Below, in pieces: positions 28,032-36,705 of a DNA stretch of 64,000 nucleotides (within the stretch, counting starts at the first letter, position 1; every line of letters starts with the position of its first letter). The position numbers were made by a program, and so were the translations under genes. This DNA is from an uncultured Planctomycetota bacterium (GTDB lineage Bacteria; Planctomycetota; PLA2; JAEUHO01). The stretch lies in assembly GCA_963752285.1 (NCBI GenBank), contig CAVVXN010000001.1:256001-320000 (forward strand). The letters run 5' to 3'. The notes beneath the pieces are model-generated. The model saw nothing but the letters and a program-made list of their open reading frames with translations. It was not told where the DNA came from and ran no database searches.

Positions 28032-29375
28032 ATGAGGCGCGCGTGCCTTTCTGCGGTGCTCGTGGTGGCGTTCGCCCTCCCCGCCCGGGCGGGTGCGGCC
28101 GAGGTCTCGGAAGGCGTGGCCCGGTTCACGCTGCCGGCCGGCTGGTCGCGCGCGGCCCACGGTCCCGCGGGGTCGTTCGCGACCGCCGACGGGACGGGGA
28201 CGCTCGAGATCGGGAGGTCGAAGCCGCTCACGACGGTGGAGGCCGCTCTCGACGAGCTGGCGGGCGCCGCCGCGAAGCGACCCGGGTACCGCGAGGAGTC
28301 GAAGCGCACGGGTGGCCAGCACCTGGCCAGCGGCGGGCGGTGGACGAGCTACGCCTACACGTACGCCGACGCCGCGCGCCCGGACCGGTTCGAGTACGTG
28401 TGGGCGGTCGTGGTGGGCGCGGGCGGCCGTGCCGTGGCGATCACCGCCACCTTCGCCGACGCCGCGGCGTTCAATCGCTACCTCCCCGAGCTCGGCCGCA
28501 TGGTGGACCGGCTCCGGCTGACGAGCGCGATCGTCCTCGAGAAGGGCGACCCCCCGCTGACGCAGTTCACGCTCGACGAGACGATCGACTTCCTGGAGTG
28601 GCTGATCGGTTCGCCGCTGACCGACGCCGAGCGCCAGACCGTCGAGACCGAGGTCCGGGGCTCCTGGAAGAAGGGCGATCGGGCGGAGATCGACGGGACG
28701 CAGAAGCTGTTGGAGCTCCGAGAGCAGCTCGCCGCGCTTTTGCCCGAGAAGCGCGAGCTGACGCGGGAGGCGGTCCTACCCGCCGCCATCGCGGAGTGGC
28801 GCAAGGACGAGAGCAGCGCCAGCAGCCGGATGATGGTCCAGATCTACGACGCGGCCCACGAGCCGATCGCCGAGGGCTCGCCCCCTCTGACCCGCCAGGG
28901 CGTGGATGCGTTCTCCGAGCTCCTCTGCTTCGCCGCCGGTCAGACCGTCGGCCTCACGTTCACGCCGTCCGAGGACCTGAAGAAGAAGCTCTCCGCGGCC
29001 GTGGCCGGGAAGTACGCCTCGCTGGCCCACGACCAGCAGCAGCTCGTCGCCTCCATGCCGTTGACCTGGGCCGCGCTCCGCGCGGCGTGGCCCGAGCTCG
29101 GGGAGGCCGACAGGCGCCGTCTCGTCGACGGGTGGAAGCAGGATCCGTCGCTGGTGGCCCTCGGCCATGCGATCCAGGGAGGCGGCGCGCCGAACCCCTC
29201 GTCCACGCCCGCGTCCTCCGGGGGATCGTCCCCCCTCTCCACGCTCCAGGACGCGCGGCGGCAGGCGCTCATGTACCAGACCATGTCGAACGTGATGATG
29301 ATGCAGTACGAGACGAATCGGGCGATCATCTCCAACATGGTCGGCGGGTATCGCTACGAGTACCGCTGGCGCTGA
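28032..29375 (+). CDS. Hypothetical exported protein
   Basis: Signal peptide (PARA-GA); typical codon usage; internal repeat GDPPLTQ / GSPPLTR; Met-rich C-terminus. Confidence 0.7.
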   Translation: MRRACLSAVLVVAFALPARAGAAEVSEGVARFTLPAGWSRAAHGPAGSFATADGTGTLEIGRSKPLTTVEAALDELAGAAAKRPGYREESKRTGGQHLASGGRWTSYAYTYADAARPDRFEYVWAVVVGAGGRAVAITATFADAAAFNRYLPELGRMVDRLRLTSAIVLEKGDPPLTQFTLDETIDFLEWLIGSPLTDAERQTVETEVRGSWKKGDRAEIDGTQKLLELREQLAALLPEKRELTREAVLPAAIAEWRKDESSASSRMMVQIYDAAHEPIAEGSPPLTRQGVDAFSELLCFAAGQTVGLTFTPSEDLKKKLSAAVAGKYASLAHDQQQLVASMPLTWAALRAAWPELGEADRRRLVDGWKQDPSLVALGHAIQGGGAPNPSSTPASSGGSSPLSTLQDARRQALMYQTMSNVMMMQYETNRAIISNMVGGYRYEYRWR

Positions 29376-29411
29376 CCTGCTTCGCGCCCGCTACGTCCCC
29401 TCGCTCCGCCG

Positions 29412-32400
29412 CTACCCGATCGGGATCGTCCGGACCGCGTGCGCGTCGAGGGTCAAGGCTCCGTGGTCCTGGCGCACGACCCCGGTCACGAGATAGGGGC
29501 CCGCGCCCTGGAGGCGGTGTCCGAAGCGGGCGTACGCGCGGGGGAAGAGCGTCACCTCGACCGAGCCGTGGAGGTCCTCGAGCATCAGGAACTTCATGTA
29601 CCTTCCCGCCGGAGCGCCCGGCCCCGGCTCGCGGGCCTTCACGCGCACGCGCCGCTCGGTCACGACCCAGCCCGCCACGCGGACCCGCTTCCCCACGTGC
29701 CGGTGGAGGAGCGTCGTCGCGACGGCGCCCGCCTCCGCCGCCGCCTCCGCGATCAGCTCGGAGGGGTGGAAGGACGCCGTGAGCCCCAGGGTCTCGACCT
29801 CCATCTCGAGGAGGCGCTCCGGAGCGTACGCGACGGGGACCGGGATCGTGCGGGCGCGCGGCAGGAGCGCGGTCGGGCCGAAGAGCGCGGCCTTGACGTG
29901 CGACTCCTCGCGGGCGGCTTGGTAGCGGTCGAAGTCGAGCGAGAGCGTCCAGAGCGCCTCGCCGCGCGGCCGGTCGAACACGTCGAGGGCGCCGGCGAGC
30001 GCGAGGCGCTCGGCCTCGTGCTTCTCGAGCGTCGTGCGGAGCATCAGGTCGGTGAGGGAGAGGAAGGGGCCGGTCGCCTGGCGGATCCGGACGAGCGCCT
30101 CGGGCGTCTCGCGGCGGAGCCCCTTCACCTGCCCGAGGCCGAGGCGGAGCACGCCACGGCGTCCCGTCGCGCCTACGCCCGAGCGGTTCACGCAGGGCAG
30201 CTCGATCCGGACGCCCAGGCGGCGCGCCTCCTCCACGTAGACGCGGGGCGCGTAGAAGCCGCCCTCGTTCCGAAGCACCGCGGAGAGGAACTCGGCGGGG
30301 TAGCGCGCCTTGAGCCACAGCTCTTCCCAGGAGATGCGCCCGTAGGTCGCGGCGTGCGCCTTGTTGTACGCGTAGGCCGCGAAGCGCTGGATCGAGCGCC
30401 AGACCTCCTCGATCACGGGCGCGGGGAGACCTCGATCCGCGGCCTGCCTCCGGAACGCCGCCTCCATCTCGGGGAGATCCTCCGGCTCGCGCTTCTTCGA
30501 GAGGGCGCGTCGCAGCCGGTCGGCCTGCTCGAGCGAGAAGCCCGCCACCGCCGCGGCGACGCGGAGCGTGTCCTCCTGGTAGAGCATCACCCCGTACGTC
30601 TTCGAAAAGAGCGGGTCCACGAGCGGGTGCACGGAAGGCGTCTCCTCCTCCCGTCGTCGCCGCCGCACGTACGCGTCCTTCATGCCCGAGCCGGCCGGCC
30701 CCGGCCGGATCAGGGAGAGGGCGATCATGGCGTCCTCCTGCGTTTCGGCCTCCATGCGCACGACGAGGTTCCGCATGCCCGGCGACTCGACCTGGAAGCA
30801 GCCGAGCGTGTGGCCGCCCGCGAGGAGCGCGCCGGCCCGCTCGTCCTCCTCGGGAATCCGATCGAGGTCGATCTCCTCGCCGTACGCGACCCGCGCCTCC
30901 TCGACGACGTCCGCGACGACGGCGAGCGCGCGGTTCCCGAGCAGGTCGATCTTCACGAGGCCGGTCGCCTCGACACCGTGCATGTCGTACTGCGTGACGA
31001 CGCGGCCCTTCGCGGAACGCTGGAGGGGGAGGCTGTCCGAGAGCGCGGGCGCGCGCTCTCCCTTCGCGCCTCCGTCGCCGATCACGATGCCGCCGGGGTG
31101 GGTCGAGACGTAGTGCGGCAGCCCGTCCAGCGCGAGCGCGGCGCGGATCGCCGTGCGCCACGGCGGCCGGTCGAGGTCCACGCCCCGGAGCTCGGGGACG
31201 CGCGCCCCGGGCGCGAGCGCGCCGGAGAGGCGCCAGGGGAGGTGACGCACGACGCGGTCGATCTCGGCGGGCGCGATGCCGAAGGTCTTCGCGGCCTCGC
31301 GGATCGCCCCGCGCGCCTGGTAGGTCACGTGGGTCGCGATCATCGCGACCCGGTCCTCGCCGTACGTGTCGTACGCGTGCTCGATCACCGCGTCGCGGCC
31401 GCGCCAGTCGATGTCGAGGTCGATGTCCGGGCAGTCGGCCCGGGCCGGCGAGAGGAACCGCTCGAACGGCAGCTCGTGGCGGAGCGGGTCCACCGACGTG
31501 ATGTCGAGCGTGTACGCGACGATCGAGTTCGCCGCCGAGCCCCGTCCGACGCAGGGGATCCGCCGGCCGCGCGCGAAGCGGACGAGCTCGTGGACGATCA
31601 GGAAGTAGTCGCAGAAGCCGCGGCCGCGGATCACGCGGAGCTCCCGCTCGAGACGCGCGAGGACGTCGGGCCGGAGGAGGCCGTAGCGTCGCGTCGCGCC
31701 CTCCATGGCGAACGCCGCGAGGCGGCCGTACGCGAGGTCCGCGTCGTCTCCCGCCGCCCCGCCGGTCTCGTCGCCGAGGTGCCGGTCGTCGAGCGCGGGA
31801 AGCCGCGGCCGCACGGCGCGTTCGAGGCGGAACGCGCAACGCTCGCCGATCTCGACCGTGGCCGCGGCCGCCGCCGGCAGGTCGCGAAAGGCCCGTGCCG
31901 CCTCGGCGGGCGGGCAGAGCCACGCCGAGGCCGGGAGCAGGTCGAGGGGGTGTCCGTCGCGACCCGTCGCGCCCGGGACGACCTCGCGGAGCCGCAGGAG
32001 GTTCCCGATCGCGAGAAGGAGCCGGTGGCGCGCGTGGTCGCGCTCGCGCGCGAGGAAGACACGGTGCGTTCCCGCGACGCCGCAGCCGATCGCGCGGGCG
32101 GCCGTTGCGACCGCCCCGCGCCGCGCGTCGTCCTCGTGCGCGACGACCTCGCCGAACAGGTCCTCCCGGTCCACGCCGTCGGCGAGCGCGCGGAGCAGTC
32201 GAGGCGCGGCGACGAGCACGACGAGGCCCGTGCGGTCCCGCGGCACGTCGTCCTCGAGGGCGAAGCGCGGGTCCAGGTGACGGCGCGTGAGGATCCGCGA
32301 GAGCGACCGGTAGCCCGCCGCGTCCTTCACGAGGAGCACGACGCGCTCGCGCGTCGTCGGGTCGTGGACCTCGGCGCCGTGGACCGCGCGGACGCCCACC

Positions 32401-32579
32401 GTGTCGCAGGCGCCCTGGAAGAACGGGAGCGCGTGCGCCCCGTCCGTGTCGGTCAGGGCCAGCGCCGCGTGGCCCTCCGTCGCGGCGCGCGCGACGAGGA
32501 GTTCGGGCGGCGCCGCGCCCGCGCCGAACGAGAAGGCGGAGTGGACGTTCAGGTGGACGAAGGGCGGCGAGGACGTCAT
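29412..32579 (-). CDS. dnaE2: Error-prone DNA polymerase III alpha (DnaE2-type)
   Basis: HLNVHSAFSF PHP start, GRGSAANS, FERFLS, PDIDLD, KIDLLGNRAL, GCFQVESPGMR, YAYNKAHA, C-terminal OB fold; directly downstream of dinB. Confidence 0.88.
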   Translation of the reverse strand: MTSSPPFVHLNVHSAFSFGAGAAPPELLVARAATEGHAALALTDTDGAHALPFFQGACDTVGVRAVHGAEVHDPTTRERVVLLVKDAAGYRSLSRILTRRHLDPRFALEDDVPRDRTGLVVLVAAPRLLRALADGVDREDLFGEVVAHEDDARRGAVATAARAIGCGVAGTHRVFLARERDHARHRLLLAIGNLLRLREVVPGATGRDGHPLDLLPASAWLCPPAEAARAFRDLPAAAAATVEIGERCAFRLERAVRPRLPALDDRHLGDETGGAAGDDADLAYGRLAAFAMEGATRRYGLLRPDVLARLERELRVIRGRGFCDYFLIVHELVRFARGRRIPCVGRGSAANSIVAYTLDITSVDPLRHELPFERFLSPARADCPDIDLDIDWRGRDAVIEHAYDTYGEDRVAMIATHVTYQARGAIREAAKTFGIAPAEIDRVVRHLPWRLSGALAPGARVPELRGVDLDRPPWRTAIRAALALDGLPHYVSTHPGGIVIGDGGAKGERAPALSDSLPLQRSAKGRVVTQYDMHGVEATGLVKIDLLGNRALAVVADVVEEARVAYGEEIDLDRIPEEDERAGALLAGGHTLGCFQVESPGMRNLVVRMEAETQEDAMIALSLIRPGPAGSGMKDAYVRRRRREEETPSVHPLVDPLFSKTYGVMLYQEDTLRVAAAVAGFSLEQADRLRRALSKKREPEDLPEMEAAFRRQAADRGLPAPVIEEVWRSIQRFAAYAYNKAHAATYGRISWEELWLKARYPAEFLSAVLRNEGGFYAPRVYVEEARRLGVRIELPCVNRSGVGATGRRGVLRLGLGQVKGLRRETPEALVRIRQATGPFLSLTDLMLRTTLEKHEAERLALAGALDVFDRPRGEALWTLSLDFDRYQAAREESHVKAALFGPTALLPRARTIPVPVAYAPERLLEMEVETLGLTASFHPSELIAEAAAEAGAVATTLLHRHVGKRVRVAGWVVTERRVRVKAREPGPGAPAGRYMKFLMLEDLHGSVEVTLFPRAYARFGHRLQGAGPYLVTGVVRQDHGALTLDAHAVRTIPIG

Positions 32580-32609
32580 GGCGAGGGCCCCGAGCGCCGA
32601 GGAGGACGA

Positions 32610-33980
32610 TCAGCGCGAGCAGGCGGGGGTGTGGAGGCCAAAGCCGCGCGAGGATCGGGGCAGCCGCCCCACGAGCTCGAGCGCACGGCCGCGTACGAGC
32701 GAGCCGAAGCCGTGTCGGTCGCGGACCACGTCCACGGTGCGGTCGATCCGCTCCGCGAGCGGGACGGGCGAGGCGACGTGGCTCCGGCGGGGCGAGGACG
32801 GGAAGGGCAGCGCGAGCTGTCGGTCCGCGGCCGAGACGAGGTCGTGGAGGACGACGCCGACGAGCCGGAGCCGGACGCGACGGTCGTAGCGCTGCCGCCA
32901 GAGCTCGCTCACGATCCCGAGGATCTCGTCGTCGATGTCGGAGGGACGCGGGAGCCGGCGTCGCGCCTCCACGGTCTTGAAGTCGGCGTAGCGGATCCGA
33001 ACGCCGACCGACCGTGCGAGGAAGCCCGCGCCGCGCAGCGCCTTCGTGGCGCGTTGCGCGAGGTAGGAGAGCATCCCGTCGATCAGCGCGGGGTCGTCGG
33101 TGTCGTGCGCGAAGGAGGTCTCGCGCGAGATCGAGCGCGTGCGCGGCCGCGCGTCGCCGACCGGGACCTCGTCTTCGGCGGCCTCGATCCCGCGCGCGCG
33201 GCGCGAGAGGACGACGCCCCCCGCGCCGAAGGTCTCCTGGAGAACCTCCTCGGGGACCTCGGCGAGGTCGCCCACGGTGTGCAGGTTGAACCGCGCGAGG
33301 TCCAGGCGGAGACGGGGCCCCACGCCGGGCAGCACCTCGATCGGCAGCGCCGCGAGGAACGCCCGCTCCTCTCCCCGGCGGACCTCGACCACGCCGGACG
33401 GCTTCGCGAGGGAGGCGGCGATCTTCGCGACCGCGCGCGTCGCCCCGATGCCGATGGACACGGTGAGGCCCGTCGTCTCGAGGACCGTCGCGTGCATCTT
33501 CCGCGCCGCGTCGAGACAGGAGCGGTGGTGTCGGTCGAGGCCGCCCATGTCGAGGTAGGCCTCGTCGAGCGACACCGCCTCGACGCGGGGCGTGAAGCCG
33601 AAGAGGAGGTCGAGGACCGTCCGCGAGGCCGCGGCGTAGGCCGCGTGGTGGCCGGGGACGAACCGCGTCTCCGCCGGGAGGAGCGCGGCGGCGCGCGCGA
33701 GGGGCATGCCCGCGCGGACGCCGAAGGCCCGGGCCTCGTAGGAGGCGCAGGCGACGACCCCGCGATCGCCGGGTCCTCCGCCGACGACCACCGGACGGCC
33801 GCGAAGCGAGGGGTTGCGGACCCGCTCGACGGAGACGAAGAAGGCGTCGAGGTCCACGAGGAATACGTCGCCGGGCGGCCGGCGGGGCCGGTGGGCGCGG
33901 CAAAGAGGCGGGGCGGGGGACGGAGGAGGCGGAGACGGAGCCCGGACCGGGGGGAACGGGGGGACTGCGCGGTGGCGCAT
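32610..33980 (-). CDS. dinB: DNA polymerase IV (Y family)
   Basis: VDLDAFFVSVE, ACASYEARAFGV, SLDEAYLD, AKIAASLAKPSG, SISRETSF, clamp-type motif QLALPF; start approximate. Confidence 0.93.
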   Translation of the reverse strand: MRHRAVPPFPPVRAPSPPPPSPAPPLCRAHRPRRPPGDVFLVDLDAFFVSVERVRNPSLRGRPVVVGGGPGDRGVVACASYEARAFGVRAGMPLARAAALLPAETRFVPGHHAAYAAASRTVLDLLFGFTPRVEAVSLDEAYLDMGGLDRHHRSCLDAARKMHATVLETTGLTVSIGIGATRAVAKIAASLAKPSGVVEVRRGEERAFLAALPIEVLPGVGPRLRLDLARFNLHTVGDLAEVPEEVLQETFGAGGVVLSRRARGIEAAEDEVPVGDARPRTRSISRETSFAHDTDDPALIDGMLSYLAQRATKALRGAGFLARSVGVRIRYADFKTVEARRRLPRPSDIDDEILGIVSELWRQRYDRRVRLRLVGVVLHDLVSAADRQLALPFPSSPRRSHVASPVPLAERIDRTVDVVRDRHGFGSLVRGRALELVGRLPRSSRGFGLHTPACSR

Positions 33981-34020
33981 GGCGGACCTTCGAACGCGCG
34001 CCCTTCTCGACGCGAGGCCG

Positions 34021-34049
34021 ATGATAGGCAAACAAGAAACGAACGTCAA
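34021..34049 (-). promoter_or_regulatory. Sigma70-type promoter of dinB-dnaE2 with overlapping candidate operator
   Basis: Minus strand TTGACG-17 nt-TATCAT; GTTC-N7-GTTT overlaps the -35 and spacer; AT-rich island in a GC-rich background. Confidence 0.75.
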
Positions 34050-34198
34050 GGGGGTTCGTCGGCGTCGTCCGGAACCGGGGCGAAGGGAGTGCAAAGGCAA
34101 GGGGGCCAGGAGATTGCGGCCTTGCGGACCAGGTGGGAGGATCAGGGGCTCGGGGGGCCGTTCCGAAGCCGGGTCGCGGCGCCCGGGGAGGAGAGAAG

Positions 34199-35806
34199 AT
34201 GCGACGAGTCCTCGTGCTGCTGGCGGCCCTGGCGGGGGCCGCGTTCGGCCTGGAGGCGTGCGGCGGGAGCGGCGGCGGGGGGGGCGTGGCCCCGAACACC
34301 CGGCGCGGCGCGTCGGTGATCGCGCTGCCGTTCCTCCCGAGCGCGGCCGGCGAGACCCTGACGCTCGGCCTCACGAACCTCGCCTCGTCGCCGGCCCCGG
34401 TGACCGTCACCGCCTTCCACGCGGCGGGCGGCGCGTACGGTCCGGGCGCGGTGCCGATCCTCCTCCCCGCGAACGGCGCGGAGGAGCTCTCCCTCTCGAC
34501 GTTCACGGGACTCGGAGGATCCGCGGGCGGCTGGCTCCAGGTGGACACGCGCGACGTGGGCACGCTCGACCCGGTGACCGGCGTGCCCGTGTCGGTCTCC
34601 ACGACCGGGCTCGTGACCGCCGTCATGATGCGGTCGATCGGCTCGACCGAGACCGACGCGGCGGCGGGCCTGGCGCCGCGCGGCGACCGGGCGGAGGTCA
34701 CGGTCGACGAGCACACGATCGACGTCCAGGTCGTGAACCTGAGCTACGTGCCGATGGCCGGCGGCGCCATCCGGACCGCGGCGGACTTCGACGTGGTGAT
34801 CTACGACGAGTCCGGCGGGATCTCGGACGCGGGGACGGTCAACGTGCCGGCGTCGGGCGCCTTCTCGATCGACCCGGGCCTGCTCCAGCTCGGGCAGGTG
34901 CAGATCGTCCCGACGCCCGCGCCCGGACAGTCGGCGCCCGCGGGCACCGTCTTCCGATTCGGCATCGCCGCGCTCGAGGACGACCCGCAGGTCCTGATCG
35001 AGACGCGTTATCTCGAGCCCGCCGAGGCGAACGCGGCGCAGCTCGACGTGGCGTTCGACCTCCGGTTCGGGACCGACGCGGCGGGCAACGTGTACGACTT
35101 CGGGATCTACCTCGCGAACCCCTCGCCGACCTCGACCTCGGTCACCGTGAACCAGATCCGCACGGCCGGGGGCGCTCCCCTCCTGGCGTCGCCGAGGATC
35201 GTGACGCTGGCCGGCCACGCCGCGAAGTTCGAGTCCACGACCACGGTCGAGTCCCTCGGGCTCGACGCCGGAGAGCAGAGCGTCTTCAACGACATCTTCG
35301 GGAACGTGGATCTCGCGGTCGGCATGGCCGAGGTGTCGGTGCAGCTCTCCATCCCGCGCGGCGTGAACGTCACGGCCCGCGACTACGACTCGCGCTTCAA
35401 GGCGTACCGCCGAATCCTCGCCGCGTACCGCCTCTCCACGTCCGTGGCGATCCCGAACATGGAGGTCGAGCCCTTCACCACCACGGGCGTCAAGAACGAG
35501 GCGGTGTTCACGAACCGCCAGACCGGGTCGGTGACGCTCAACGTCCGGGCCTTCACGCCGGGCGGCACGCAGTACCAGCTCCCCTCGGTCGTGCTTCCCG
35601 GGCTCACCCAGGTGCGGTGGTCCCCCGACGGACAGATCTTCCGCGAGGACCCCACCGACACCACGTCCCCGCCCGTGCCCTTCATGACCTTCTTCTTCAG
35701 CACGAGCGGCGGCACGTTCTTCGACGGTCTCCGCACGCGCGTGGACGCCACGGACCTGATCTTCTTCGTCCGTCCCTATGCGGTGTACGACCTGCGGCAG
35801 GAGTGA
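34199..35806 (+). CDS. Hypothetical lipoprotein with four beta-sandwich-like repeats
   Basis: RBS GGAGGAG; lipobox LEAC followed by a Gly linker; four repeats of an 'N...V.V....GG...(V/L)P' pattern. Confidence 0.75.
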   Translation: MRRVLVLLAALAGAAFGLEACGGSGGGGGVAPNTRRGASVIALPFLPSAAGETLTLGLTNLASSPAPVTVTAFHAAGGAYGPGAVPILLPANGAEELSLSTFTGLGGSAGGWLQVDTRDVGTLDPVTGVPVSVSTTGLVTAVMMRSIGSTETDAAAGLAPRGDRAEVTVDEHTIDVQVVNLSYVPMAGGAIRTAADFDVVIYDESGGISDAGTVNVPASGAFSIDPGLLQLGQVQIVPTPAPGQSAPAGTVFRFGIAALEDDPQVLIETRYLEPAEANAAQLDVAFDLRFGTDAAGNVYDFGIYLANPSPTSTSVTVNQIRTAGGAPLLASPRIVTLAGHAAKFESTTTVESLGLDAGEQSVFNDIFGNVDLAVGMAEVSVQLSIPRGVNVTARDYDSRFKAYRRILAAYRLSTSVAIPNMEVEPFTTTGVKNEAVFTNRQTGSVTLNVRAFTPGGTQYQLPSVVLPGLTQVRWSPDGQIFREDPTDTTSPPVPFMTFFFSTSGGTFFDGLRTRVDATDLIFFVRPYAVYDLRQE

Positions 35807-35824
35807 CGCACGTACGGGGACCGC

Positions 35825-36403
35825 ACGACGGACGACGCGACGACCTCGGTCTCTACGGCGCGCGCCGGCGAGGTCCGCCTCCGTCCGCTCACGCGGGACG
35901 ACGACCTCGTCGAGCTGACGGACCTGCTCCACCGCGCGTACGGGGCCCTCGCGGCGCGCGGCTGGAACTACACCGCGGCCACGCAGGACGTGGAGGTCAC
36001 GCGCGAACGCGCGGGCGAGGGGACGTGCGTCGTCCTGGAGCTCGGGGGGCGCCTCGTGGGGACGGTGACGGTCCGTCCCGGCCACCGCCGGTCCGCGTCG
36101 CGGACGTATCGCACGGAGGGGACGTGGTCGTTCGGCCAGCTCGCGGTGGAGCCGGGTCTCCAGGGCCTGGGCCTCGGCGACCGTCTCCTCGAGGAGGTCG
36201 AGCGCCTCGCCCGAGCGACCGGCGCCACGGTGCTCGCCTGCGACACCGCCGCGCCCGCGCGCCGGCTCGTCGCGTGGTACGTCCGCCGGGGCTACCGTGA
36301 GGTCGAGCGCGTCCGCTGGGACGGCAAGACGTACGAGAGCCTGATCCTCGCGAAGCCCCTCGCCCCGCCGCTCAGCCGGCTTCGGTCCGAACGATCACGG
36401 TGA
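35825..36403 (+). CDS. GNAT family N-acetyltransferase (start uncertain)
   Basis: LTDLLHRAY..LAARGWNYTAATQ, FGQLAVEPGLQGLGLG (acetyl-CoA motif A), LVAWYVRRGY; coding-like frame extends upstream of the GTG at 35990. Confidence 0.8.
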   Translation, partial: TTDDATTSVSTARAGEVRLRPLTRDDDLVELTDLLHRAYGALAARGWNYTAATQDVEVTRERAGEGTCVVLELGGRLVGTVTVRPGHRRSASRTYRTEGTWSFGQLAVEPGLQGLGLGDRLLEEVERLARATGATVLACDTAAPARRLVAWYVRRGYREVERVRWDGKTYESLILAKPLAPPLSRLRSERSR

Positions 36404-36705
36404 ACCGGATCGGCCTCCTTCGCGATCCGCGAGCGGCGCCGGAAGCGGACCGCGCCCTCTCGCGACCGGCTGCCCGCGCGGAGCCACCGGATCGGCCTGG
36501 AAGGGCAGGACGGGGCGGATCCCGAGGCTCCTCGGCGCCGGCCGGATTCGTCGTCCCCACGCGCAGAACGGACCGCGTAGGCGCTACCGGGTCGTGACGT
36601 CGCGGGGTCGGGTGGTGTCGCCTCGCGCCGCGGAGTCGAGGATTCGGAGGGCCCGCGTCGGGCACCCGCCTTGCGCCGGGACCCGGGTCGCGCGGAGGTT
36701 CCAGC

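Noticed and set aside
36404..36705. 300-bp intergenic region with a 13-bp direct repeat (ACCGGATCGGCCT) and a 65-aa ORF
   Set aside because: Only two copies, no recognisable RNA family, and the ORF lacks protein-like composition.
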